Shown here piece after piece: positions 1 through 9,547 of a stretch of 29,377 nt of DNA (within the stretch, counting starts at the first letter, position 1; the number at the start of each line of letters is the position of its first letter). Source of the stretch: a virus (lineage: Duplodnaviria > Caudoviricetes); the IMG/VR virus record IMGVR_UViG_3300003972_000002, positions 1 to 29,377 of that record; one strand, 5' to 3'. The position numbers and the translations under genes were made by a program. The notes below the pieces were generated by a model. The model did no database searches. It saw only the letters and a program-made list of their open reading frames with translations, and had not been told where the DNA came from.

Positions 1-128
1 ATGCCCGCGATATTCACCACCACGGTCGCCGCAATCCCAGCCCACGCTATCGGATCGCGCCGCTCAGATATCCTCATTTCTCCTTGGCCCTCGCGGTAAC
101 CGTCGATGTCCCGTTGCACGTCTGTCAC
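1..128 (-). CDS. Partial small membrane protein, possible holin (runs off window)
   Basis: Manual translation: AAGGAG RBS then GTG at 128, giving VTDVQRDIDGYREGQGEMRISERRDPIAWAGIAATVVVNIAG...; second in-frame ATG at 77; hydrophobic segment; follows tailspike. Confidence 0.5.
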   Translation of the reverse strand, partial: MTDVQRDIDGYREGQGEMRISERRDPIAWAGIAATVVVNIAG

Positions 129-137
129 AATGGCTCC

Positions 138-2330
138 TTATCGCAGGATCAGTCCGTCGGCGGCCGGCGTGTTGTTGGTTAGGTTCGACGTGCCAGTCGT
201 CCCCCCCGCTCTGACGATGCTCCCATTGGTAATATGGATGTCAGATACAGATCCCACGATGGTGGCCCCGCGCAAAAGCCCTTCAGCGCCGTTGTCGTAC
301 CATGCGCCGCGCCCATCGTTGCTGGTCAACGTCACGCCTACCACGGAACCTCTGGCGCCATCGCGTAGCGCGTACATGTGCCTGTTGGTGGTCGTTGAGC
401 CTGACGAGTCCATCTCGAAGCTCGCTGCAATAATCGGCATGATGCATGCTCGTCCGCCGAACACCGGTGTACCCATCCCCGTGAGTGTCCTAGTGACGGC
501 GCTGCGCTGTACGCTAATGGTCGCTCCGCCGCCAGCGGTAATGGTCACCCATCCCAGGTCAGGTCCATCAGTGATGAGCACTTGGCGAGTCAGCGTCGAT
601 CCGGACTGAAGCTCAATCGTCAGGCCAGACCCGCCATAACCCCACAGATGCCGGAATCTTGCCGCCCATAACAAAATTGCCTCAAGGGAGTCGTTGGTTG
701 CGGTCTGAGCCGATGCAGATGTTTGTATCGTTGACGGCGGCGTGAACGATCTACGCCTGTTGGTCATCACGTAATTCTGCGTGCTGCCGAGCTTCACGAC
801 GTGATCCATGAATGCCTGGATGGTCGCCGTGTCTCCCGTCATTTGAACCGGATCGATGAACGAGATGTTATTGACACCTTGGGACCGACCGCTGATCTCA
901 AAGTAGTTCGTGCCAGTGCCCGACAAGCTCGCGCCTTCGATATGCACGTTGCCGATGGTGTAATCGTAGGGCGGGCCATCCTCGTCAGAGGTTCTGAACA
1001 GGCAGATAAATGCGCCGTCCACTGACGTGAATCCGCCTTGATTCACATCCTCGATCACCGGCCGGATGAACCGGAACGGCCAGCTTCCACTGTGATGCTT
1101 GCGGATGTAGATGCCGGTGCTGGCGATGTTGGTCGCTTTGAAATCCTCCATGATCACGCCAGCCCCCGGCGCGTATCCCGCCTGATAAGCCCCGCGCGAC
1201 TGAAATCCCCACTTGCAATTATTCACGCTGACATTCTTGGCGAATACGTGGAATCCACCGGTCGCTGCCGTGCCGGGCTGAACCAGAAACCCAGCGCCGG
1301 CCGTGCACCCGGTGATCTTTGCGCCGTCGATGTATACGTCCCTGATCACATCAGCTGCAACGTTCGGCTCGATGTCAATGCCGGACTGCGGGTCTGTGCC
1401 GAGGATGTCCGTGATAACCGCGTCAGTGATCCACAAGCCATTCACGGACGTGATGGAAATGCCCTGGCGGCGGCAGGCCGAAATACGCGGTTTCCAGATG
1501 TGGACGTTCGTCGACGGTGTGCCGCCTGCGGATAGCGGGCCGATATAGATACCGTCGCCCCAGCAGTTGCTGATAACTGGACGCTCGACGCGGATGTTGT
1601 CCGCCGAGCGAATATCGATGCCCATCCCGTGCTCGCCGGAGACTGCGCTGTTTTCGTCCTTGTTGCCATTAATTACCGGATCAATGATGCGCACGTTCGA
1701 GACGGACCAGACATTGAGCACCTGGTACGTGCTGGCGTTGTGGGGCAGCAGGTTGAGGGACGCGCCGGTCTCGAATACCAGTTCAACGTTGCTGGGGATC
1801 TCGAGACCGATATTCCCAGTGCCCAGCGAGATCCACCATTCGCCGGCGGTGAGGGTGACCACACCGCGGTCGGTCGCTGTCGCCGCCTCGGCCGCGGCAT
1901 TTATTGCGCTCTGGATAGCAACGCGAGCATCAGTTCCGCCAGGCGCGCCGCCGAACCGCTGGGGGAAGCCGGGCGGATACGATAGATCCGTCGGCGTCAC
2001 GTACGCGGCGATCTCGGCGTCGGTCTGCTCGTACTGAATCATCGTCCCTGGCACGAAATCCAATTCACTGAGCAGACCAATCGGAACGTGACGCCACGTG
2101 CGCGAGAACGATCCACTCGTCGCGGTAATGCGGTATGAGTTGCCGGCCGCATAGAATCGAACGAAGCCATTCTCGTCCGCAGTGATTGGGTTATTTATCG
2201 GCGTCTCGCCATCGCGATCCGCGAACAACGCCGCCAGCGCGCCACTCGATTCGATCAGCACCTCTACGCTAGCGTTACTTACGACATCGCCATGACGATC
2301 AACGATCGTTGCCTGCCATACTGCAAGCAT
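138..2330 (-). CDS. Tailspike / receptor-binding protein with right-handed parallel beta-helix (pectate-lyase-like depolymerase)
   Basis: N-terminal virion anchor (NPITADENGFVRFYA), DARVAIQSAINAA, beta-helix motifs GEHGMGIDI, WGDGIYIG, RRQGISIT, GIDIEPN; last tail gene; TAATG overlap. Confidence 0.85.
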   Translation of the reverse strand: MLAVWQATIVDRHGDVVSNASVEVLIESSGALAALFADRDGETPINNPITADENGFVRFYAAGNSYRITATSGSFSRTWRHVPIGLLSELDFVPGTMIQYEQTDAEIAAYVTPTDLSYPPGFPQRFGGAPGGTDARVAIQSAINAAAEAATATDRGVVTLTAGEWWISLGTGNIGLEIPSNVELVFETGASLNLLPHNASTYQVLNVWSVSNVRIIDPVINGNKDENSAVSGEHGMGIDIRSADNIRVERPVISNCWGDGIYIGPLSAGGTPSTNVHIWKPRISACRRQGISITSVNGLWITDAVITDILGTDPQSGIDIEPNVAADVIRDVYIDGAKITGCTAGAGFLVQPGTAATGGFHVFAKNVSVNNCKWGFQSRGAYQAGYAPGAGVIMEDFKATNIASTGIYIRKHHSGSWPFRFIRPVIEDVNQGGFTSVDGAFICLFRTSDEDGPPYDYTIGNVHIEGASLSGTGTNYFEISGRSQGVNNISFIDPVQMTGDTATIQAFMDHVVKLGSTQNYVMTNRRRSFTPPSTIQTSASAQTATNDSLEAILLWAARFRHLWGYGGSGLTIELQSGSTLTRQVLITDGPDLGWVTITAGGGATISVQRSAVTRTLTGMGTPVFGGRACIMPIIAASFEMDSSGSTTTNRHMYALRDGARGSVVGVTLTSNDGRGAWYDNGAEGLLRGATIVGSVSDIHITNGSIVRAGGTTGTSNLTNNTPAADGLILR

Positions 2331-4564
2331 TAATTTACCCTCGCTCCGAGGATTTCGCCCTCGACTGTCCAGTTGATGTAACTATCGCCATCGACGGCCG
2401 CGCCAGCATTGCCGCCAGTGGCCCCGGTGGTGCTGTTACCAGCGTGCCCGGGCTGCCCGGGCGAACCTCCATCGCCACCAATCGATGTGGCGACCAAAAA
2501 CAAGCGTCCGCCTGCACCGCCGGATTCGGTTGTCCCGGGCTTTCCATCAAAGGATCCGCCGACTCCAGGCGGATAACCCGCGCCACCGCCGCCGCCAGCA
2601 GCAACGTAGCTTGGGGCATCAACGGTGCCCACATTGATCAATCGACCGAGACCGCCACCACCGCCGCCGCCCCAAATTTGACCGTTGTTCTCAACCGTGA
2701 TCGGGTACCGCGTGTAGAGAGCGGTCCCACCGTTGGTGGCGCTGGAACCACCGCTCAGACTTGCGCCGCGCCCACCAGGACCTTGGATTCGTCCGTTGTT
2801 GACGATGGTGATGTCGACAGAATCCGGCCAATCCCCGACCACGAAACCACCTGCTATCACGCCTTCACGGATGATGCAGCGGATGATGTCGTTCTCGGCC
2901 GGTGCGGAATAAATCTGGTCGTGCAGTGCCCGAAGATTTACATTCGGCGTGTCGTCATCGATAAAGATGACCTTCGCCGTTTCGAGGTCATCCTGTGGCA
3001 CGAAGATGGATTCCTGTGCGTCGATAACGTATCGGTCCGCTTGAGGCTCAATGGATATCACCTGAGCAGGCACGGCTATGGTATCGCCGGTGTCATCCTG
3101 CAATGACCACGTTCGAACCTGAAGTCCACCACCGAGCGATGGCATCACATCAATGGTTTCGTACAGCGAAAAGCTAAACTTCCTAGGCGCGTCGCGGTAT
3201 CTGGACAACAGCATCGAATTCAAGCGTGATGCAGCGGGACGGTTATTCGCCGCAATCCAGCGCGAAAATACCTTCTTGATGGCCGGCTGCGCATAGTCCT
3301 GATCGGAATTGGCATCGAACGATGCGACGGCGGCCTTGTAGTTCCTGACCTCGTCTATCGGCTCCAGCGGATTGCGGATCCCGTAGTACGTCCACACCTC
3401 GGAAATGCGCTTGTTCGGCTGCTCGGTGCTCCGAAACGACGTTGCCATGATCGAATCATCGTCATATATCTTCGCTTCTGCGCTCACCGGGCGCAGCGAT
3501 CTAAGCATGATCCGTTGAGAAACGGTGTCCCACCAGAACACTAGGCCGACTTGTTCGATCAGTTCATTCAGCAGCTCGACCACCGGAGTAGGTTCGGCAA
3601 TCTCGGCCGAGTAGAGTCGGCCGATATACTCATCCACTTCGGTCTGCCATTCCGCCAGGTTGATCCACGATGGATCGATGCCTGGCGTGTAATCGAGCAA
3701 AAGATTACTAACCAAGCTAGATGGCGACTGCGGCTCGTAGATGAGCACCAGTTGCACGATATCGTCTTCGTCGTGCTCGTCAGCCTCTGTTCCACTCTGA
3801 GCTCGCGTGAGCGTCAGAGTGTCCCCAGATCGCGTGAAGGAGCACACCTCCTTGCCGCCGATCGCGACCTTCCCGGATACGGGATATTCGGCATCGCCGA
3901 TGCCTGCCGGTTTCAGCGTCGCGGTCGTGTCGCTTTCGCTGATACCCGCAGCCAGCACACCATTGGAGATCCGTGGTGCCTGAGCTTTCTTCTTGTCTGC
4001 GAGGATCAGAATGTCTTTCGCGACAATCGTCGCTTGCCCGGGCTGAGACGTAAACGAGTCGATGACGTAGTGATACGTCGTCATCTCGGACAAGTCTTGG
4101 CCCGCATCGCCAATCAGCATCCGCAGCGGATAGCCCTCCAATGAGGGGTTGCGGGCGCGCATCTTTGCCCAGAACGTGCCGCGCTGGAACGGGTCGTAAT
4201 CTCGGTCGGCGATGTATTTATCGAGACCAGCGTCCGAATGCGGATGGTCCTCGAACACGACGCGAACAGTCTCGCGTGTGCCGATATCGACGCCGGGATT
4301 GATGATGGCGGGCGTGACGTTGACCGATTTAATCGACGGAATGACGACGACGGGCTGACCGTTCCGACGAAACTCCGTATCGCCGGCCGGCATAGCGAAC
4401 CGAAGTGTTAGCGACGATGGCGTGAAATTCGCGCGGTCTTGGCATGTACGGATAACGTTGAAGCATTTCTTATCCCCCGTCACGCCGATTGCAGCTGTAC
4501 ACGGCGCTACCCCGTAGCTCAGTGAGCAATACGGGATATCTATCTCGATGACTGTGATCGTCAT
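2330..4564 (-). CDS. Tail tip / baseplate hub protein with Gly-rich C-terminus
   Basis: 744 aa, second gene after tape measure; Cys-containing N-terminus (CSLSYGVAPC...KCFN...TC); C-terminal NNGRIQGPGG...GGGGGGG tract typical of siphovirus tail tip proteins. Confidence 0.7.
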   Translation of the reverse strand: MTITVIEIDIPYCSLSYGVAPCTAAIGVTGDKKCFNVIRTCQDRANFTPSSLTLRFAMPAGDTEFRRNGQPVVVIPSIKSVNVTPAIINPGVDIGTRETVRVVFEDHPHSDAGLDKYIADRDYDPFQRGTFWAKMRARNPSLEGYPLRMLIGDAGQDLSEMTTYHYVIDSFTSQPGQATIVAKDILILADKKKAQAPRISNGVLAAGISESDTTATLKPAGIGDAEYPVSGKVAIGGKEVCSFTRSGDTLTLTRAQSGTEADEHDEDDIVQLVLIYEPQSPSSLVSNLLLDYTPGIDPSWINLAEWQTEVDEYIGRLYSAEIAEPTPVVELLNELIEQVGLVFWWDTVSQRIMLRSLRPVSAEAKIYDDDSIMATSFRSTEQPNKRISEVWTYYGIRNPLEPIDEVRNYKAAVASFDANSDQDYAQPAIKKVFSRWIAANNRPAASRLNSMLLSRYRDAPRKFSFSLYETIDVMPSLGGGLQVRTWSLQDDTGDTIAVPAQVISIEPQADRYVIDAQESIFVPQDDLETAKVIFIDDDTPNVNLRALHDQIYSAPAENDIIRCIIREGVIAGGFVVGDWPDSVDITIVNNGRIQGPGGRGASLSGGSSATNGGTALYTRYPITVENNGQIWGGGGGGGLGRLINVGTVDAPSYVAAGGGGGAGYPPGVGGSFDGKPGTTESGGAGGRLFLVATSIGGDGGSPGQPGHAGNSTTGATGGNAGAAVDGDSYINWTVEGEILGARVN

Positions 4565-5370
4565 CGGATGCCCTGCATGCTAAAAGATACGCTGACCATG
4601 CCGTTGGCCCGTGCGTTCTGCATTTTTATGTCATCGGTGAGCCAAGCGTAACCGCACTCGTTCGGATACGAGGCCGGCCGCCAGCACCAGAAGAAAGGAC
4701 GCGTGATCGCCGCCTGAGCGAATGGCTCGAAGAACTGCCGATACCAAGTCGGCGTGATGTTCTGCAGGTCCACGGACGACTCGAGGAACGTTCGCCGATG
4801 CACTCGCCCCAGAAATTCACCGGATTCGGATTGCCCAGTCGATACCGTCGTTTTGCGGCCGAACGGCAGCGGCGTGTGACCTACGTAGATTCGGCGCTGC
4901 AGTACTAGGATTTGCCCGACGTACCAAACCGCGATGCTCGGCGGCGCGCTGCCGGGCGTGATCAACAGGCGAAAGTACCGCGCGAACACCGAGTCGAACT
5001 CATAAATCACGGCGTAGTCGGTGTTGAGCACGATGGCCGAAGTGACATCGCTCCACGCGCTTCCGTCCGTGCTGGATTGAAAACGCAGTGTCGCCGCGGT
5101 AGAGCCAAGATTGTGCTTCGCTATGGCGAAGTAGTTCACGTCCTGCGCAACCGGGAGCGTCAGTTGCACAGACTGTTCGTTCGTCGTCGTGCCGCGCCAC
5201 CGAAGGTAGGTCGCCGGATTTGCGATATTTACCGCCGGCTCATTGTCCGACTCCTCGTCTGCGGTCACAGCATCCGGCGTGACCAGGTTGTGCCAACCAA
5301 TCCGCGGATTGCGCGCATCGATTGCATCGCCGAGTGGGCCGAGAACGACGGATGAACTGATGTGGATCAT
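4561..5370 (-). CDS. Distal tail-like protein with galactose-binding/discoidin-like insert
   Basis: Directly after tape measure (TGATG overlap); motifs AIAKHNL, QSSTDGSAWSD, ARYFRLLI. Confidence 0.6.
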   Translation of the reverse strand: MIHISSSVVLGPLGDAIDARNPRIGWHNLVTPDAVTADEESDNEPAVNIANPATYLRWRGTTTNEQSVQLTLPVAQDVNYFAIAKHNLGSTAATLRFQSSTDGSAWSDVTSAIVLNTDYAVIYEFDSVFARYFRLLITPGSAPPSIAVWYVGQILVLQRRIYVGHTPLPFGRKTTVSTGQSESGEFLGRVHRRTFLESSVDLQNITPTWYRQFFEPFAQAAITRPFFWCWRPASYPNECGYAWLTDDIKMQNARANGMVSVSFSMQGIR

Positions 5371-7382
5371 CAGGCAAAGACCACTGTGCCGCCGTCGCGT
5401 TGATGCTCCGCCAGGCGCTCCGCGAGAGCCCGGACAGTGCGGCCGCTAAAGAGCGCATCCGGCGAAATGCCTTCGACCGTGAGCAGGCTTCCACCGCCAG
5501 CGGACTGCGGCGTTCCGCCATTGACAGGAGTCACGGGCGTCGCCGGAGTGCCGCCAGCAAGGGAAGGAGCCGCGCCGCCACCGCTGCTAAACGACTGGCT
5601 CTTGATCGCGGACACCTGAGCGAATGCCGCCGCCGCATGAGCCGCTGCGAGCGCGATGTTGATTGGATAAGGATAAGCGCCCAAGGTCTTCGAGATGCCC
5701 TCATAGGCCGAGACAATCGCGTTAGCGATGCCCGCCGCCTTGTTCAATTCGAACATGGCCTTGTTCTCGCGTGCCACGCCTGCGGTGATGTCCGCGAGAT
5801 ACCCGGCAATCATCCCCGCCTGCTTAGAATAGCTGGCGTTGGTGAACTTCTCCAGGTCCGACATGCCCTTTTTGCGAAGCTCGGCAATCTTCGCCAGGTG
5901 CTTTTCCTCAAGCTCTTGCTTGAGAATGTCGTATTCCTCTTGCAGGATCAGCTCTTCTTCGAGCGCGGCCCGCAGCGCCTCCATCTTTTCCTCGTGGCGC
6001 GCGACCTCCAACTCATCCTCAGCCGCCGCGAATTCGATAATCGCGTTCAGTCGGTCTGCCAGCGCCTGACGCTGCGCTTCCAGCAGTTTTGCGCGCTCCA
6101 GTTCGCGCTTCTTGGCGTTCTCGTCCTCGCCTCCACTGGCAAACGAGCCGCCACCTAATTGGCTATCGACCACCGCCTGAGCCGCTTCGTCGGCTCGCTT
6201 GCGCACGTCATCGAAGAATGCAGCGATCTTGTCGCTCGGCATCTCCTGCATGGCCAGGTCATGCAGTTCGCCACGGACACGAGCAACGCGCTCCCGCGAT
6301 CCTTCCGCGAACTGACGGAAGTCGTTCACCCATGCGCTGTTCGTCATCAACGGAAGTTCTTCAATGCTCGCGCCGAGGCTATTGAACCAACCGATAGTCT
6401 TGTTGATGTCGCGCGCAACAGCGTCGTTCAGCGCGACGACGGCTTCCATGATCCCCTGGATGACGGAATAGAACGTTGCGCCAAATCCCTCAGCGATCAG
6501 TTGCAGGCCCTTGATGACGACGTGCAGGCCGCGCAGTACGTCGCCGAGGAAGCCAAACCCCTTGGCGACTGACTCTGCCGTCTGCGCCGCCTGCTGGCCG
6601 AATCCGTTGTTCTCTCTTGCTAGATTGTTGAATCGCTCTGCCAACTCTTGAAGCATCGGTGCAAACGCAATCGCGAGATGATTGCGTACGGACTCGAGTA
6701 CTCGCCCGATTCGAGTGATGGCGTCATTCGTCATCTCGATCTTCGTCGCATCGACCTGCGATACCGATAGGCCGAAATCGCGCATCTCCTGCGCGGCCGC
6801 GCGAATCCCAGCGCTGCCCTCCTTGAGCATTGGCACCATCTTGATACCGGCGTCGCCGAAGATGCCAAATGCTACTGAGGCCATTTCCGCGCCAGTGCCC
6901 AGCTTCGATATTTCTTCCGAGATCACCGCGACGCGCTGGTCAAGCGGGAGCTTCAGCAGGTCCTGAGCACTCAGCCCCAAGGTCTTCAGCGCTGCCGCCG
7001 CCGGGCCGCTGCCGGTGCGCGCCATCTCGCCGAGACGGCGATTCATGCGCAGCAGGTTGCCTTCCATTTCCTGGGTGGACAGGCCGGCGTTTTCAGCCGC
7101 CAGCGTCAGCGTGCGCAGGCTGTCCACCGTCGCATCCATGGAGCGGGCAAGCTTGGCCTGAGCGTCGATCGATTCGAGGCCGCTTTTGACCAATCCCGCG
7201 ACCATCGCCGCGCCCGCCGCCGCAGCCGCCGCCCCAAGCGCGGCCATCCTCTTGCCCAAGTCGGCGGCGTGCTTGCCAAGGTCCTGCATGGACTTGGCGG
7301 CTTGCTTGCCTCCTTCTTGCAGGCCGCTGATGTCCGCGCCAATCGAGACCAGCAGACTAGCGACAGCTTTACCTTCAGCCAC
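5370..7382 (-). CDS. Tail tape measure protein
   Basis: 670 aa, Ala-rich and helical; N-terminal VASLLVSIGADISGL; follows tail chaperones. Confidence 0.92.
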   Translation of the reverse strand: MAEGKAVASLLVSIGADISGLQEGGKQAAKSMQDLGKHAADLGKRMAALGAAAAAAGAAMVAGLVKSGLESIDAQAKLARSMDATVDSLRTLTLAAENAGLSTQEMEGNLLRMNRRLGEMARTGSGPAAAALKTLGLSAQDLLKLPLDQRVAVISEEISKLGTGAEMASVAFGIFGDAGIKMVPMLKEGSAGIRAAAQEMRDFGLSVSQVDATKIEMTNDAITRIGRVLESVRNHLAIAFAPMLQELAERFNNLARENNGFGQQAAQTAESVAKGFGFLGDVLRGLHVVIKGLQLIAEGFGATFYSVIQGIMEAVVALNDAVARDINKTIGWFNSLGASIEELPLMTNSAWVNDFRQFAEGSRERVARVRGELHDLAMQEMPSDKIAAFFDDVRKRADEAAQAVVDSQLGGGSFASGGEDENAKKRELERAKLLEAQRQALADRLNAIIEFAAAEDELEVARHEEKMEALRAALEEELILQEEYDILKQELEEKHLAKIAELRKKGMSDLEKFTNASYSKQAGMIAGYLADITAGVARENKAMFELNKAAGIANAIVSAYEGISKTLGAYPYPINIALAAAHAAAAFAQVSAIKSQSFSSGGGAAPSLAGGTPATPVTPVNGGTPQSAGGGSLLTVEGISPDALFSGRTVRALAERLAEHQRDGGTVVFA

Positions 7383-7384
7383 GG

Positions 7385-7938
7385 CTAACCCTCAGAAAGG
7401 AGCGCATACAGTTCCTCGCAATCGGACTCGGTGAGCTTTCCGGCGTAGTCGGTCGCGGGATCGCGCTTGCGCTTGATCTCATACAGCCGCCACCATTCCT
7501 CGGGACACATCGCCCAGAACTCGCTCGGCTGTAATCCCCACGCCCCGACGGCAACGTCGTAGAAATCGCCCCACTCTATTTCGGGACACGATTTCGCCTG
7601 TCCGCTTTCGCGGATGTCGCCGGGGCCTCGGCTTTTCCCGTTTGCGGGAACACAGCCAGCATCACCGCTGCCGCCATGTCGCCGACGACTTTCTTGTCGC
7701 CGCCCATGATCTCAACGTACACATCCTCGGCGGTGACATCCTTGGCACCGCCTGCGTTGAGGAAATGAGCGATGACGGTCGCAAGCTGCGACAGCGGGGG
7801 CTGGCCGCTGGTGATCCTGTACGCCAGCACGGACAAGGAGATGTCCTGCTCGATGCGGTTGAGGATTGCCATCGTCGGCTTGACGCGGTACTCGGTGCCC
7901 TTCCAGTTGAGCACCAGTTCACGAAATACGGCAGCCAT
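7385..7938 (-). CDS. Tail assembly chaperone, frameshifted long form (gpGT-like) via -1 slip at GGGAAAA (7633-7639)
   Basis: The -1 frame is open from the slippery heptamer to TAG at 7385 and encodes ...EIEWGDFYDVAVGAWGLQPSEFWAMCPEEWWRLYEIKRKRDP...LLSEG. Confidence 0.8.
7576..7938 (-). CDS. Tail assembly chaperone (gpG-like short form)
   Basis: 120 aa between tail tube and tape measure; TAATG overlap with the tube gene. Confidence 0.85.
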   Translation of the reverse strand: MAAVFRELVLNWKGTEYRVKPTMAILNRIEQDISLSVLAYRITSGQPPLSQLATVIAHFLNAGGAKDVTAEDVYVEIMGGDKKVVGDMAAAVMLAVFPQTGKAEAPATSAKADRRNRVPK

Positions 7939-8342
7939 TAGCTAGCCGACGTCCACTCAATCGGACCGCTCGACGAGATCGTGCACGAGAACGTCACCGC
8001 CTCGTTGTAGGCCGCACCGAGCTCCAGCGAGCCGATGTGAAAATCGCCGGTAAACGTGCCCAAGCCCGTGAACGTCAGCTCGTATGAACTGATCAAGCCA
8101 GATCCACCGGTCGTGGCCAGTTCGATCAACTGCGCATCTTTGGTGATGCCCTCGACCGACATATCGATCGAACGCAACGCCGGGTCATCACCCAGCAGGG
8201 TGCGCCATCCGCCGTCGTCATCCGAGGTGATGTCGATGGCCTCGTTGTTGATCGTGATCGTCTTCGTCCGCATCCCCGTCACAGGCGTACCGCCCGAGGA
8301 GGTCGGCGTGAACGTAACCTTTCGTCCTACCAGTGCAGGCAT
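7938..8342 (-). CDS. Major tail (tube) protein, TP901-1/GTA-like
   Basis: Start re-called at ATG 8342 (MPALVGRK) with GGAG RBS; motifs INNEAIDITSDDDGGWRTLL and GAAYNEAVTFSCTISSSG. Confidence 0.9.
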   Translation of the reverse strand: MPALVGRKVTFTPTSSGGTPVTGMRTKTITINNEAIDITSDDDGGWRTLLGDDPALRSIDMSVEGITKDAQLIELATTGGSGLISSYELTFTGLGTFTGDFHIGSLELGAAYNEAVTFSCTISSSGPIEWTSAS

Positions 8343-8360
8343 TGCTTTTACTCCAGATAC

Positions 8361-8383
8361 AAAAACCCCGCTTTCGGCGGGGT
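8361..8383 (-). terminator. Intrinsic terminator between tail terminator gene and tube gene
   Basis: Minus strand ACCCCGC-CGAAA-GCGGGGT followed by TTTT. Confidence 0.7.
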
Positions 8384-8385
8384 GG

Positions 8386-8781
8386 TTAAGAAACGTTTTC
8401 GTGGATGATGGATCTGTATCTACAGACGCCGTGTCGCGTCTTTCCATCTGAGTCGAGAATCACGTCGGAATACTCGAACTCGATGGATACGAGGTGATAG
8501 CTCGGCAAGCTCAACTCGTAGCGATGCAGCGCCTGATAGATCAGCGCCTGAATTTCTTTGACTTCCTTCGACCCCCGGTATCGGCTCCAGACGTGAAGCG
8601 TCACGGTCGACTCAGCGCCAGAAGCTTCGTCGGTGTCGAACGGGATATGGGTATCCTCTCCGACCACCACATACGGGAACGCCGCATTGGCCTCGGGCAC
8701 CGCGTCGTAAACTGCAGGCATGCCGGGATAGCCAGTCAACCTTTCATAGATCGACTGGTGCAGTTCTAGTTCGAAGCTCAT
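8386..8781 (-). CDS. Tail completion/terminator protein (DUF3168-like)
   Basis: VYDAVP...FPYVVVGED...TLHVWSRYRG...RHGV motifs; position in neck module. Confidence 0.88.
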   Translation of the reverse strand: MSFELELHQSIYERLTGYPGMPAVYDAVPEANAAFPYVVVGEDTHIPFDTDEASGAESTVTLHVWSRYRGSKEVKEIQALIYQALHRYELSLPSYHLVSIEFEYSDVILDSDGKTRHGVCRYRSIIHENVS

Positions 8782-9224
8782 CAGACGCGCGCAGCCTTCT
8801 TCGCTCTCTTCACGAGCTCGCGCTCAAGTTCAACGCCAACTCGCTCGCGGTACAGTGTTCGCATCTTCGGTCGCCACTGCTCGACGGTCGGAACCACAAA
8901 CGGCTGTGCCGGCATATTTCCACCCCTCGCGCCGAACTCGACCAAGTGCCAGTGGTAGCCCCTGCCGCTCTTGCCGCCGCTGCGGTCGACATATACCGAT
9001 GCGGACACCTGCCCCTTTTTCCCTCGGTCTCGCTTCGACTTGATCGACTTCTTGAGGTTGCCCGTCCGCTTTGGGGCCTTGGTGCGGATGTCGTTGCGCA
9101 CCTCGGCCGCAATGCCAGTCGCCGCACGTCGGGAAATGTTCGTCGCCTCCCTTGGAAGTACGTTCGCCAGCATGTCCGTCGTTTCCGGGAGCCCGAACAC
9201 CTCAACCGGCTTGCCCTTGTTCAC
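8781..9224 (-). CDS. HK97 gp10-like neck/tail component
   Basis: Start re-called at GTG 9224 (GTGA overlap); APKRTGNLKKSI, WHLVEFG, MPAQPFVVP motifs. Confidence 0.88.
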   Translation of the reverse strand: MNKGKPVEVFGLPETTDMLANVLPREATNISRRAATGIAAEVRNDIRTKAPKRTGNLKKSIKSKRDRGKKGQVSASVYVDRSGGKSGRGYHWHLVEFGARGGNMPAQPFVVPTVEQWRPKMRTLYRERVGVELERELVKRAKKAARV

Positions 9225-9547
9225 GGCGCGACACCCAACTCGGTATCCATCTCCAGCCACGTTGACCGAGGTCGAAGCTTGACGGTGCGTATGTTCAACC
9301 GCTTACCCCGCCATAGAAGGGTGCAGGACTCATCAACATCGGATCGGTTATGGATAACGACCAGATACATCGTTTCCGCGCCGACCTTTTGCGCTCGCTC
9401 CAGCTCCCGCCCAGACATGGGGCGTACATGAGCCCATACCGTCGCGACCGTCTCCCAGGTGAGCGTCGATCCGCCCATGCCATCGTCCACGCGAAGTTCT
9501 CGCTGGATCGTCACGCGCTGATCTAGCTCACCGATCGAATACGTCAT
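9221..9547 (-). CDS. Head closure / head-tail joining protein (SPP1 gp16-like)
   Basis: IGELDQRVTIQ...DGMGG...W..VATVWAHVRPMSGRE motifs. Confidence 0.9.
   Translation of the reverse strand: MTYSIGELDQRVTIQRELRVDDGMGGSTLTWETVATVWAHVRPMSGRELERAQKVGAETMYLVVIHNRSDVDESCTLLWRGKRLNIRTVKLRPRSTWLEMDTELGVAP

Noticed and set aside
2390-2790. GCC/CCG-rich repeats resembling the array
   Set aside because: 3-nt periodic Gly codons of the tail tip protein.
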